DNA of 64,000 bases from positions 226 to 64,225 of the forward strand of contig JBFNJI010000046.1 in NCBI GenBank assembly GCA_040793985.1. The letters are read 5' to 3'. Shown one piece after another: positions 8,804 to 17,194 of the stretch (the stretch's first letter is position 1; the number at the start of each line of letters is the position of its first letter). Source of the stretch: Candidatus Thiodiazotropha sp. Its GTDB lineage: Bacteria > Pseudomonadota > Gammaproteobacteria > Chromatiales > Chromatiaceae. The position numbers and the translations under genes were made by a program. The notes under the pieces were generated by a model. The model made no database searches. It was not told where the DNA came from and saw only the letters and a list, made by a program, of their open reading frames with translations.

Positions 8804-9370
8804 ATGTTTGAGAAAGATCCACGCACCTTCGCTCCCGAATACAAGAACCTGTCGCCGGAACAGAAGGCGATGGTGAAGCTTGAAATCACCCTGACCAACT
8901 TCTTCAAGACCTTCGACAAGAGCATGTCGCGCTGGGAGAAGATGATCTATCCCATGCTGGTGGTCGTTGGGGTGCTTGGTCTCTCCGGGTTCTATCTCAT
9001 CTACAACGTGACCACCGATATGCGTACCCTGACCGAGCAGGTGGATCCCCGCATGGAAGAGCACCTGCAGTCGATGTCGGATAACATGGGCCAGTTGGCA
9101 AAGAACATCAATACCATGACTGGACAGATCACGGTATTGGTCGAGAAGATCGACAGCATGGAGCAGCATATAGCCACCATGGACGGTAATATCGGCGTAC
9201 TGGCCGTCGATGTGGGCAGTATGAAAAATAATTTGAATCTGATGACGGTGAATATGGCCGACATGAACCAGGCCATGCGCACGATCACGGTAAATACCGG
9301 TTTCATGAGCCGCGACATCAATCAGATGGGGCGGCCTATGGACTTTATGAACTCCTTCACCCCCTGGTGA
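8804..9370 (+). CDS. Single-pass membrane protein with Met-rich heptad coiled coil (paralogue of 25107..25628)
   Basis: RWEKMIYP-TM-GFYLIY, regular a/d heptads, C-terminal RPMDFMNSFTPW. Confidence 0.85.
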   Translation: MFEKDPRTFAPEYKNLSPEQKAMVKLEITLTNFFKTFDKSMSRWEKMIYPMLVVVGVLGLSGFYLIYNVTTDMRTLTEQVDPRMEEHLQSMSDNMGQLAKNINTMTGQITVLVEKIDSMEQHIATMDGNIGVLAVDVGSMKNNLNLMTVNMADMNQAMRTITVNTGFMSRDINQMGRPMDFMNSFTPW

Positions 9371-9409
9371 GAGTCAACCCCCGTGGCCTCTGTTGAATTG
9401 TAAGCGGAT

Positions 9410-10474
9410 TCAGGCGTTGCCCTTGTGCTTCATCCCTATGCCCTGTTGAGCCGCGAAATCGAGCATACGCTGGATCGGTGTTACCGCACGGGCCCTGACC
9501 GCCGCATCGATATGGATCTCGTTCTCCCCTGAATCGAGGACCTGCTCCAGGTTTTGCAAGGCATTCATCCCCATCCATGGACAGTGCGCACAACTGACAC
9601 AGGTCGCACCCTCACCGGCTGTGGGGGCCTCGATGAGGACCTTGTCCGGCGCCATCTGTTGCATTTTGTAGAAGATTCCGCCATCGGTGGCGACGATGAA
9701 CTCCTTGTTCTCCATTTCAGAGACGGCCTTGATCAATGCGGTGGTCGATCCGACAACATCGGCCTGGTCGATCACATTTTCCGGTGATTCCGGATGGACA
9801 AGTACCGCTGCTTCCGGGTGCAGGCGGCGGATACGCTCCAACGCCACAGACTTGAACTCTTCGTGGACCACGCATGAGCCTGGCCACATCAGCATCTTCG
9901 CGCCGGTAAGTCGCGCAACATAGCTACCCAGGTGGCGGTCCGGGCCCCACAGGATCTTCTTGTCGTGTTCCGCCAAATGCTTAACGATGGGCAGGGCGAT
10001 TCCCGAAGTCACGACCCAGTCGGAACGTGCCTTCACCTCGGCGCTGGTATTGGCATAGACCACCACCGTATGGTCTGGATGGGCATCACAGAAGGCAGTG
10101 AACTGATCGGCAGGACAGCCTTCGTCCAGAGAACAGGTGGCACCAAGGTCCGGCATGATGACCCGTTTTTCCGGATTCAGGATTTTCGACGTCTCACCCA
10201 TGAAGCGAACGCCGCAGACAACCAGGGTCTGTGCCGACTGGGCGGTGCCGAAACGGGCCATCTCCAGGGAGTCGGCGACGCAGCCGCCGCTCTCTTCAGC
10301 AAGCGCCTGCAGCTCCGCATCGGTGTAGTAATGGGCAACCAGGACGGCATCTTGCTCCTTCAGCTTAATCCTGATGCGATCCTTCAGGGCCTGCTTTTCG
10401 GCGTCACTGAGGGAGGGCCACTGCGGGTGATCTGGAACTTCTATCTTGGGAAGTTTGAGGGCTTGGGGATTCAT
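9410..10474 (-). CDS. nadA: Quinolinate synthase
   Basis: [39 protein letters not shown] and CAHCPWM motifs. Confidence 0.97.
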   Translation of the reverse strand: MNPQALKLPKIEVPDHPQWPSLSDAEKQALKDRIRIKLKEQDAVLVAHYYTDAELQALAEESGGCVADSLEMARFGTAQSAQTLVVCGVRFMGETSKILNPEKRVIMPDLGATCSLDEGCPADQFTAFCDAHPDHTVVVYANTSAEVKARSDWVVTSGIALPIVKHLAEHDKKILWGPDRHLGSYVARLTGAKMLMWPGSCVVHEEFKSVALERIRRLHPEAAVLVHPESPENVIDQADVVGSTTALIKAVSEMENKEFIVATDGGIFYKMQQMAPDKVLIEAPTAGEGATCVSCAHCPWMGMNALQNLEQVLDSGENEIHIDAAVRARAVTPIQRMLDFAAQQGIGMKHKGNA

Positions 10475-10489
10475 CTGATTCTCAATGTT

Positions 10490-11170
10490 CTACTTTATGA
10501 TCTCGACCCGGGAAGGGTTGATGAGCTGATAGGTTTTCGCGGGTCTGTGGTTACCGCTGCGGCAGTAGTCGCCGGTCTCCTCTATGATCTTTCGGGCAAG
10601 TATCCCCTTGCGGAAGTTCCGTTTATCGAGATCGGCATTGAGCAGAGTCTCGTAGACGGATTGCAGTTGGCTGAGGGTGAAATGGTGTGGCAGCATTTGA
10701 AACGCAATGGTGGAATAACTCAGTTTTGACAGCAACCGCTGGCGAGCCAACTGAATGATCTCGCTATGATCGAAGGCGAGCTCCGGTAGCTCATTAATGG
10801 GAAACCACTCTGCGAGCGCCGCATCGCTGGCGGCCTTGGGCGATAGGCTGTCGGATTGGCTCAGGGCAAAATAGGTGACACTGATGACCCTTTCCCGCGG
10901 ATCGCGCTGTGGCGTACCGAAGGTGTAGAGCTGTTCCAGGTAGACACCCGCGATACCGGTCTCCTCCATCAACTCTCGCTTGGCGCATGTCTCAATGTCC
11001 TCATCTATGTCCAGGAATCCGCCCGGCAGAGCCCACATCCCCTGATAGGGTTGGTTGCCACGCTGAATCAACAGCACGGACAGGGCCTGCTGGCGGATGG
11101 TGAACAGCGCAATATCGGTAGTAACCGCCGGGTGGGGGTAGTCATAACAGTGTTTCTGCTTTATGGCCAT
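10490..11170 (-). CDS. nrtR: NrtR-family Nudix-related transcriptional regulator
   Basis: Nudix box WALPGGF...AKRELMEETG plus C-terminal wHTH (FTLSQLQSVYE...RNFRK...RPAKTY); directly upstream of nadA. Confidence 0.88.
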   Translation of the reverse strand: MAIKQKHCYDYPHPAVTTDIALFTIRQQALSVLLIQRGNQPYQGMWALPGGFLDIDEDIETCAKRELMEETGIAGVYLEQLYTFGTPQRDPRERVISVTYFALSQSDSLSPKAASDAALAEWFPINELPELAFDHSEIIQLARQRLLSKLSYSTIAFQMLPHHFTLSQLQSVYETLLNADLDKRNFRKGILARKIIEETGDYCRSGNHRPAKTYQLINPSRVEIIK

Positions 11171-11230
11171 GTATCTGTCTGACGATAGCGCTTGCAATGG
11201 CGGGTCTGGAGACCGCCCGGGTCGTTTTGC

Positions 11231-11251
11231 TTAGTGTATCAAATACACATT
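11231..11251. promoter_or_regulatory. NrtR operator
   Basis: TTAGTGTATCAAATACACATT, a palindrome with the GT-N7-AC core of NrtR sites, about 60 bp upstream of nrtR-nadA. Confidence 0.75.
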
Positions 11252-11389
11252 TGATTAACCAGCACGGTTCCCCCTCCTCCGGGTGGAAGCGCGTGCGTTT
11301 CGCAAGGGCCCGTGCGAGGTTAAAGATCGCTTTCAAAATGCCGCTAAATACCTAAGTAGAAAGATATCCTTATTCGAATTAGCGCCAGT

Positions 11390-12256
11390 ATGCACACCAC
11401 CAACCAGGCAAAGCACAGGGTCCAAAAGCTGCAATACCTGCCGCCGCTTTCGGCGACGGCCAGCCGTCTCCTGGCCATGGTGGGCGACGACAGATTTTCT
11501 CTGGAAGAGCTGGCGCTTGTCATCAAGCAGGATCCGGGACTGAGTGCCAGGCTGCTCGGGCTTGCCAACTCAGCCTACTTTGGCCAAAAGAATCCGATAC
11601 TTACCATCGAGGATGCGATTATCAGGGTTTTGGGCTTGAATATGGTGAAGAGCCTCGCATTCAGTATCGCCGTCAGTGGCGTTTTCGAATCCTCAGCCTG
11701 TAGCAGCTTCGATCTGCATGAGTATTGGTGCCATGCGTTATCGATCGCCACGTTATCCCGGCAAATCAGCCTTGCTGTCAAGAGTGAAGATCCCCCCGAT
11801 GCGGATGGTGTCTATCTTGCGGGTCTGCTGTTCGATATCGGCGTGCTCGTGTTGGTACACGAGTTTCCTGAGGAGTATGCCAGGGTTCTGACGATGTCGA
11901 GGCAGCAGCCGGACAGGGACCGGTTGCAACTGGAAATTGAGATCATAGGCACTGATCATCGTCAGGCTGCGGCGTGGCTTGGTCATCGCTGGCATCTGCC
12001 AGACAGGATTATCCATATCATCTCCCAGTCAGAGAAAGATGTTGCCGCATCGAAGAGTGCGTGTGAAGCAAATCTGGTTGGTAGTGTGGCGGAGTGGATT
12101 AAGCGGCCCCTGCAAGACGAATCGGAATCGAACCAAAACCCGCCTGAGTTGGAAAACAGTTGCGGGCTGTCGAGTGAACGGCTTCAGGCTATCAGGGGCG
12201 GTTTCCTGGAAAAGGAAGAGGAGATTCATGTGATTGCTAGTATGCTGGCCAAATAG
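11390..12256 (+). CDS. HDOD domain protein
   Basis: LPPLS, IKQDPGLSARLLGLANSAYFG, AIIRVLG, AGLLFDIG and LGHRWHLP motifs. Confidence 0.92.
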   Translation: MHTTNQAKHRVQKLQYLPPLSATASRLLAMVGDDRFSLEELALVIKQDPGLSARLLGLANSAYFGQKNPILTIEDAIIRVLGLNMVKSLAFSIAVSGVFESSACSSFDLHEYWCHALSIATLSRQISLAVKSEDPPDADGVYLAGLLFDIGVLVLVHEFPEEYARVLTMSRQQPDRDRLQLEIEIIGTDHRQAAAWLGHRWHLPDRIIHIISQSEKDVAASKSACEANLVGSVAEWIKRPLQDESESNQNPPELENSCGLSSERLQAIRGGFLEKEEEIHVIASMLAK

Positions 12257-12296
12257 ACTGGGGTGTAAAGTGGATCTCTCCTTTAATCAGACTTCC

Positions 12297-13448
12297 ATGG
12301 ATTTACGAGAGCGCTTCTTCAGCCTGCTCGATTCCCTCTCTGCCTTGCGCGCTCTCTCTCAGATCAATCTTGAAGGTATCAGTGAAGAGGAGCTGATCGC
12401 CAAGGCATTGGACGAACTGGTACGTTATCAGAATGTGGAGAACTGCTCGGTTTTTAGCATCGATGGGGGAGTGCTGGACTGCGTCATCGGGATCAGCCTC
12501 GATGAAGCCCACGCAGAGTTTATCGGTAGTGAACGGATAAGACAGGTCAGGGAAACCATGAGTTTCAAGCCGGGGGAGGGCATCGCGGGTATCGCCTATT
12601 CCACTGGCCAGTTGCAGTATTGCCGCAACTGTTCGCAGAGTGATGATTTTTTACTCAATACCCTTTCAGGCGGGGAGCTCCCGGGATCGCTGATCAGCGC
12701 TCCGATCAAGATGGGTGACAAGGTGCTCGGAGTATTGAATGCTTCCCACCCCCTTCCCGAGTATTTCGAACCTTGGCAACAGCATACCTTGAGTCTCTTC
12801 TGCAGCTGTCTCGGCCAGATCATGTATAACCACAGGCTGCTCAACAATCTGGAGACGGAGGTTGCACAGCGTACTCGGGAATTGAAAGAGGCGCTTAACG
12901 AGGCGGAAGCGCACCGCAAGCGCTACCAGCAGCTGCTGACTGTCGACGAGCTGACCGGACTGCATAATCGGCGCTACTTTTTCTCCGAGGCAGAGGCCTT
13001 GCTATCGAGGGCAATTCGCCATGAGCAGAGCTGTAGCTTGCTCCTGGTCGATATGGACTATTTCAAACGCATCAACGATCAATGGGGCCAACAGGTAGGT
13101 GACCAGGTACTTATCGCCATAGCCAAGGTGCTAAAAGAGGAGGCACGTGGGGGTGACGTTCTCGCCCGCGTGGGCGGTGAAGAGTTTGCGGTGATGCTCG
13201 CTGAAACGGGGATCGGTGGCGCCGATCTGATGGCGCAACGCATCCAGGAACGCCTGGCCAAGATCGACACGGGGCGTGACCTGGTTGGATTGAGCCTTAC
13301 TGCCTGCATCGGGATGACGGCCCTCTCCACTGACTACGACCGCGAGTTATCCGTCAGCGAGTTGCTCGATCAGCTCTACTCCAAGGCTGATCGTGCCATG
13401 TACGAGTGCAAACGCGAAGGCCACAATAGCCGCAAGCGCTTTCTCTAA
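12297..13448 (+). CDS. GAF-GGDEF diguanylate cyclase
   Basis: GEGIAG/SLISAPI GAF motifs; DELTGLHNRR, DMDYFKRIND, intact GGEEF and RGGD I-site; start uncertain (GTG 12270 or ATG 12297). Confidence 0.92.
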   Translation: MDLRERFFSLLDSLSALRALSQINLEGISEEELIAKALDELVRYQNVENCSVFSIDGGVLDCVIGISLDEAHAEFIGSERIRQVRETMSFKPGEGIAGIAYSTGQLQYCRNCSQSDDFLLNTLSGGELPGSLISAPIKMGDKVLGVLNASHPLPEYFEPWQQHTLSLFCSCLGQIMYNHRLLNNLETEVAQRTRELKEALNEAEAHRKRYQQLLTVDELTGLHNRRYFFSEAEALLSRAIRHEQSCSLLLVDMDYFKRINDQWGQQVGDQVLIAIAKVLKEEARGGDVLARVGGEEFAVMLAETGIGGADLMAQRIQERLAKIDTGRDLVGLSLTACIGMTALSTDYDRELSVSELLDQLYSKADRAMYECKREGHNSRKRFL

Positions 13449-13505
13449 TCCCCGGTGCGCCGCGATTGGCTCACAGTGCCATGTCATGCCGTCCGGCACT
13501 GTCTC

Positions 13506-15014
13506 TCAAACTCGCTCCTCAGCCATCTCTGGCGCAGATTCGCTGCTGCTCGCTGTCTGCTCTGCGGCAAGCAGTTTTTCACTGCCCGACGGATTGGTGA
13601 ACTGGTCATTGAGGGTTTGAATATAGGTGTCCGTTGCCTGCAAGACCGCTCTCAGCTGCTTCCTTGATCTGCCTCCCCACCCGGCCGGGTTCTTGCTGAA
13701 GATGGACCGCCAAGGCTTGGTGCTGCGCAGGAAGGCGCTGATGGGATTGCCCTTGATACCCGTGCCGGCAAGCTGCTTGCGCAAGCCTTTCAGCAGGCTG
13801 CGGGCGGCGACCTTTCTTACCGTAAAGTGGATGGCTGTCAAGAGAATCAGCACCAGGGCGATAATCACCCAGGGCAACGGGGAGTTGAAGCCGTTCTCCA
13901 ACCAGGGTGGGGCAAAGGTGAAGCCCTGCCAATAACCGGCGTTAAACGAGAAGATCAGCAGCCCGAGGAGCAGGCCGCCCATGAGCAGGGCATCGCCCAA
14001 CAAGACCCGTTTCTTCCAACGCTCGAGGGTGGCGGTGACCAGGGGTATGCTGCGCTCCTCGATATCCCGGGCAGTCTTCTCCAGGGCGCCGACGATGCGG
14101 TAGGCGCGCTCGATTTCGACCTCTTCCATGCGGCTGTGGATCTCCTTGAGGTCGATGTCGCGTTTCGTTTCATAGCGATTGCGCAGGGCCTCGTCCTCGA
14201 TCGGGACCGCTGCATCGGGATTGTAGACCGCATAGAAGCGACCGGCGGTGAGGCCGCGTTCACCCAACGCGCGCTGCCAGGCCGCGATGACATCCTCCGG
14301 GTTGTTCTCTCTCGCGGTGGTGTCGATCTGATTCAGGATATAGAGGAATTTGCCGGTGTCGTTGCGGTGAATGGTGCGTTCGATCAGATGACTCAGGGTA
14401 TCCTGCATCGCACCGGGCTCCGGATGACGGGCATCGAAAAAGACCAGTACCAGGTCGGACAGATCGATGATGTGATCGGTAATGCGCAGGGTTGAGGTGC
14501 GCTGGGCATCGGCATCGAATCCCGGGGAGTCGATGAGGATCTTACCCCGCAGTTTTTCACTGGGAGATGTCTTGAGCTGCAGATAGGCGTCGATGCGGTC
14601 GCCTTCACCCTTCGCCACCTTTTCGATCTCATCCGACATCTGGTAGAAGGGAAAGCGGGGATCGGAGTCGAGCGCCACCCCCGGGAGGGCATGAGCGGTC
14701 GCCTCTTTGCTGTAGCAGATGACAGTGAACCTGTCGTCCACAGCCTGATTGCCGGAGCGCTGCAGGGGGGTGCCGATATAGTGGTTGATGAAAGTCGATT
14801 TGCCGGCGGAGAAGGTGCCGAGGACAGAGATCAGGGGCCACCAGGGTATCTGCATGGCAAAGGAGTTGTCCCCATCCAGCAGCCCGAGTCGAAAGGCGAC
14901 TTCATCGAGCTGGCGAAAGCTCTGCACGGTGCTGAGGAGGATTGGGTTTTCCTGTTCCAGGTGGGTTTCTAGGTGTTGCAGGCGTGCCTCTATGACCTGT
15001 CCGGCTGGATGCAT
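13506..15014 (-). CDS. Dynamin-superfamily (EHD-like) NTPase with two C-terminal transmembrane helices
   Basis: G1 GTFSAGKSTFIN, DDRFTVI, G3 IDSPG, LVFFDA, G4-like LNQID; two hydrophobic helices near the C-terminus; GAGGAG RBS. Confidence 0.82.
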   Translation of the reverse strand: MHPAGQVIEARLQHLETHLEQENPILLSTVQSFRQLDEVAFRLGLLDGDNSFAMQIPWWPLISVLGTFSAGKSTFINHYIGTPLQRSGNQAVDDRFTVICYSKEATAHALPGVALDSDPRFPFYQMSDEIEKVAKGEGDRIDAYLQLKTSPSEKLRGKILIDSPGFDADAQRTSTLRITDHIIDLSDLVLVFFDARHPEPGAMQDTLSHLIERTIHRNDTGKFLYILNQIDTTARENNPEDVIAAWQRALGERGLTAGRFYAVYNPDAAVPIEDEALRNRYETKRDIDLKEIHSRMEEVEIERAYRIVGALEKTARDIEERSIPLVTATLERWKKRVLLGDALLMGGLLLGLLIFSFNAGYWQGFTFAPPWLENGFNSPLPWVIIALVLILLTAIHFTVRKVAARSLLKGLRKQLAGTGIKGNPISAFLRSTKPWRSIFSKNPAGWGGRSRKQLRAVLQATDTYIQTLNDQFTNPSGSEKLLAAEQTASSSESAPEMAEERV

Positions 15015-15453
15015 GGTTCTCTCACTCCTCGGTTTTTCCGGCTCGCGGGTTGCTTATTCTGGTTTATGATTCTGCAATGAATCGTCGCTTTCAGACCTTC
15101 AACATTATCTTAATGCCTGCCTGGTTGGTGTACATAGTTTTTTTTAACATGTTGACAGTTTTCGTGGAGATCGGGTGTCGATTTTTGGGCGCCAGCCGAG
15201 AGGGAGGGAATTTACCCTATTCATTACCTGTGAATTTCGCCAAAGCTGAGCCTTTTAAACTCGCTTATGTTACTGAAAGTAAAAATAATATTATAATTTG
15301 CTGATATTCTTAAATAAATGATTTATAATGGTTTCTGATGAAATTTGTCGGTTGCAATGGCACTCGCCTTCGTAGATACTGGCAAATTCTTAAGTAGGGT
15401 TTGATTACGCCTACAGATGAAAAAAACGTAAAGAATTAGTGGAGGGGACCGAG

Positions 15454-15849
15454 ATGGCAGAACTGTTTTCCGAGGCATGGATGAGTGAATTTGCGACCCA
15501 CTGGAATGCGGAGCCGGAATTGGCCGATGCCTTGGCGCAAATCGGCTTCAATAGCGTAATCGGCTATGGGTTCGATGGCGACGCTTCGCCGAGAGGGGTG
15601 CTTGTGGTGGAGAATGGCAAGGCGGCGAGCGGCGAGGCCTACAACGGTCAGACCTTGAACTGGGATATCCGTGCTACTGAAGATCAATGGAATAAGTGGA
15701 TAGCGAAGCCGCCTGGCATGATGGGGCTTGGCATGGCCTTCACCTCCCGCAAGATGAAGTTCGAGATCGGTGACTATTCATCAATGATCAAGGATCCGCG
15801 CATGGCGGGTCCTTTCATCAAGAGTTTTGCCGTCATGGGACGTGTCTGA
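15454..15849 (+). CDS. SCP2-like (sterol carrier protein-2 fold) small protein
   Basis: LFSEAWM..F...WN start, WDIRA...W..W and AFTSRKMKFEIGD pattern typical of SCP2-like domains; GGAGG RBS before the ATG at 15454. Confidence 0.65.
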   Translation: MAELFSEAWMSEFATHWNAEPELADALAQIGFNSVIGYGFDGDASPRGVLVVENGKAASGEAYNGQTLNWDIRATEDQWNKWIAKPPGMMGLGMAFTSRKMKFEIGDYSSMIKDPRMAGPFIKSFAVMGRV

Positions 15850-15908
15850 GAGACAAGTCGAAGCAGGATTTCTCTAACGTGTGAATCAACACTAGGTAGT
15901 AGTGAGAT

Positions 15909-17063
15909 ATGGGTTTTAAATTGAAGGTGAAGATTGTAGTTGCCGCTTGTGTCCTCTCTGTGGCAGGCAGCGGTCTGCAGGCACAGCCTGGTATGACCGG
16001 CGGCGACCACTATGTGGTGCAGCAGACCCAAGGTGTAACACACGTCTCTCTTGGCGGTACCGTGGTGCCCTACAAGGAAGTGACCCTCTCAGCGCAACTA
16101 CCTGGCCGTGTCAATTTCCTGGCCGGTATCGAAGGCGATACATTCAAGGAGGGGGATCGCCTTGTCGAGTTGGATGACAGCGAGTTGATGGCCAAGCGGG
16201 AGGCGGCGATGGCACAACTGGCGAATGCCGACGCCCAGTTGCGCAATGCCGGTGTACAGTACAGCCGTGAATTGTGGTCGCCAAAGTCGAAATCCTCCAT
16301 GGGCGGCATGGGCATGCCTAATCTCTTTGACCAGATGTTCACGCGACCGATGGAGGATGTCTTCGGAGAGCGGGATCAGGGGGCTGAACGGCGCGCGGAC
16401 ATCTTCTCCTCGCAAACCAATATTCAACAGGCGAGGAATACCATCTATCGGGTTCAGGCCGAGATTCGGGCCATCGATGCCAAGTTGCGCGATGCCAAAA
16501 GTCTTGCTCCCTTTGATGGCGTAATCATGAAGAAATTCGTCGAAGTCGGTGATACGGTGCAGCCGGGACAGCCGCTGTTGAAATATGCCGACGTGGAGTA
16601 TCTGCAGATCGTGGTGGATGTTCCCGGACGCCTGCGTCCCGGTCTCAACGAAGGTATGATACTGCGGGCAGAACTCGATGTGGGAGATCAGGAAGTACCG
16701 GTTCGAGTTGCCCAGATATTCCCCATGGCAGATGCCCAAAGGCACACCGTGACAATCAAGTTCGATCTGCCTCAAGGGGTATCCGCTCCGGGCATGTATG
16801 CCAAGGTCCTGGTGCCTGACTACAATGCGCCGACCCGCTCCAATCCGGTGATTCCAAACAGTGCCATTCGCTACAACGGAAGCCTGCCAGGGGTCTATGT
16901 CATTGGCGAGGATGGCGAACCGATGCTCAGACTGATTCGCGTCGGTGAGAAGCTTCCGGGTGACTACGTCAGTGTGCTGTCAGGCCTGCAGGCGGGTGAA
17001 CGGGTACTGCGCAATCCGCCACTTGGCATCAGCGCCGGCTGGACCTCCTCGCAAGGCCGTTAG
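15909..17063 (+). CDS. RND efflux periplasmic adaptor (membrane fusion protein)
   Basis: Lipoyl half-motifs LSAQLPGRV..GDTFKEGDRLVELD and APFDGVI..VEVGDTVQPGQPLL; signal peptide. Confidence 0.92.
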   Translation: MGFKLKVKIVVAACVLSVAGSGLQAQPGMTGGDHYVVQQTQGVTHVSLGGTVVPYKEVTLSAQLPGRVNFLAGIEGDTFKEGDRLVELDDSELMAKREAAMAQLANADAQLRNAGVQYSRELWSPKSKSSMGGMGMPNLFDQMFTRPMEDVFGERDQGAERRADIFSSQTNIQQARNTIYRVQAEIRAIDAKLRDAKSLAPFDGVIMKKFVEVGDTVQPGQPLLKYADVEYLQIVVDVPGRLRPGLNEGMILRAELDVGDQEVPVRVAQIFPMADAQRHTVTIKFDLPQGVSAPGMYAKVLVPDYNAPTRSNPVIPNSAIRYNGSLPGVYVIGEDGEPMLRLIRVGEKLPGDYVSVLSGLQAGERVLRNPPLGISAGWTSSQGR

Positions 17064-17194
17064 TTGCGAAAGCGGAGGCATACAGGGAACCCCAAGATTT
17101 TTTCACGGAAGAAAAAAGCACTCTCTACAATTAAGTAAAAATGGGTCAGGGTCTGTGACAGGGTCTGCCTGAGATCAATGCATCGAGATTAACT

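Noticed and set aside
15358-15374. TGGCAC upstream of the SCP2 operon as a sigma-54 promoter
   Set aside because: No GC at the -12 position at the required spacing
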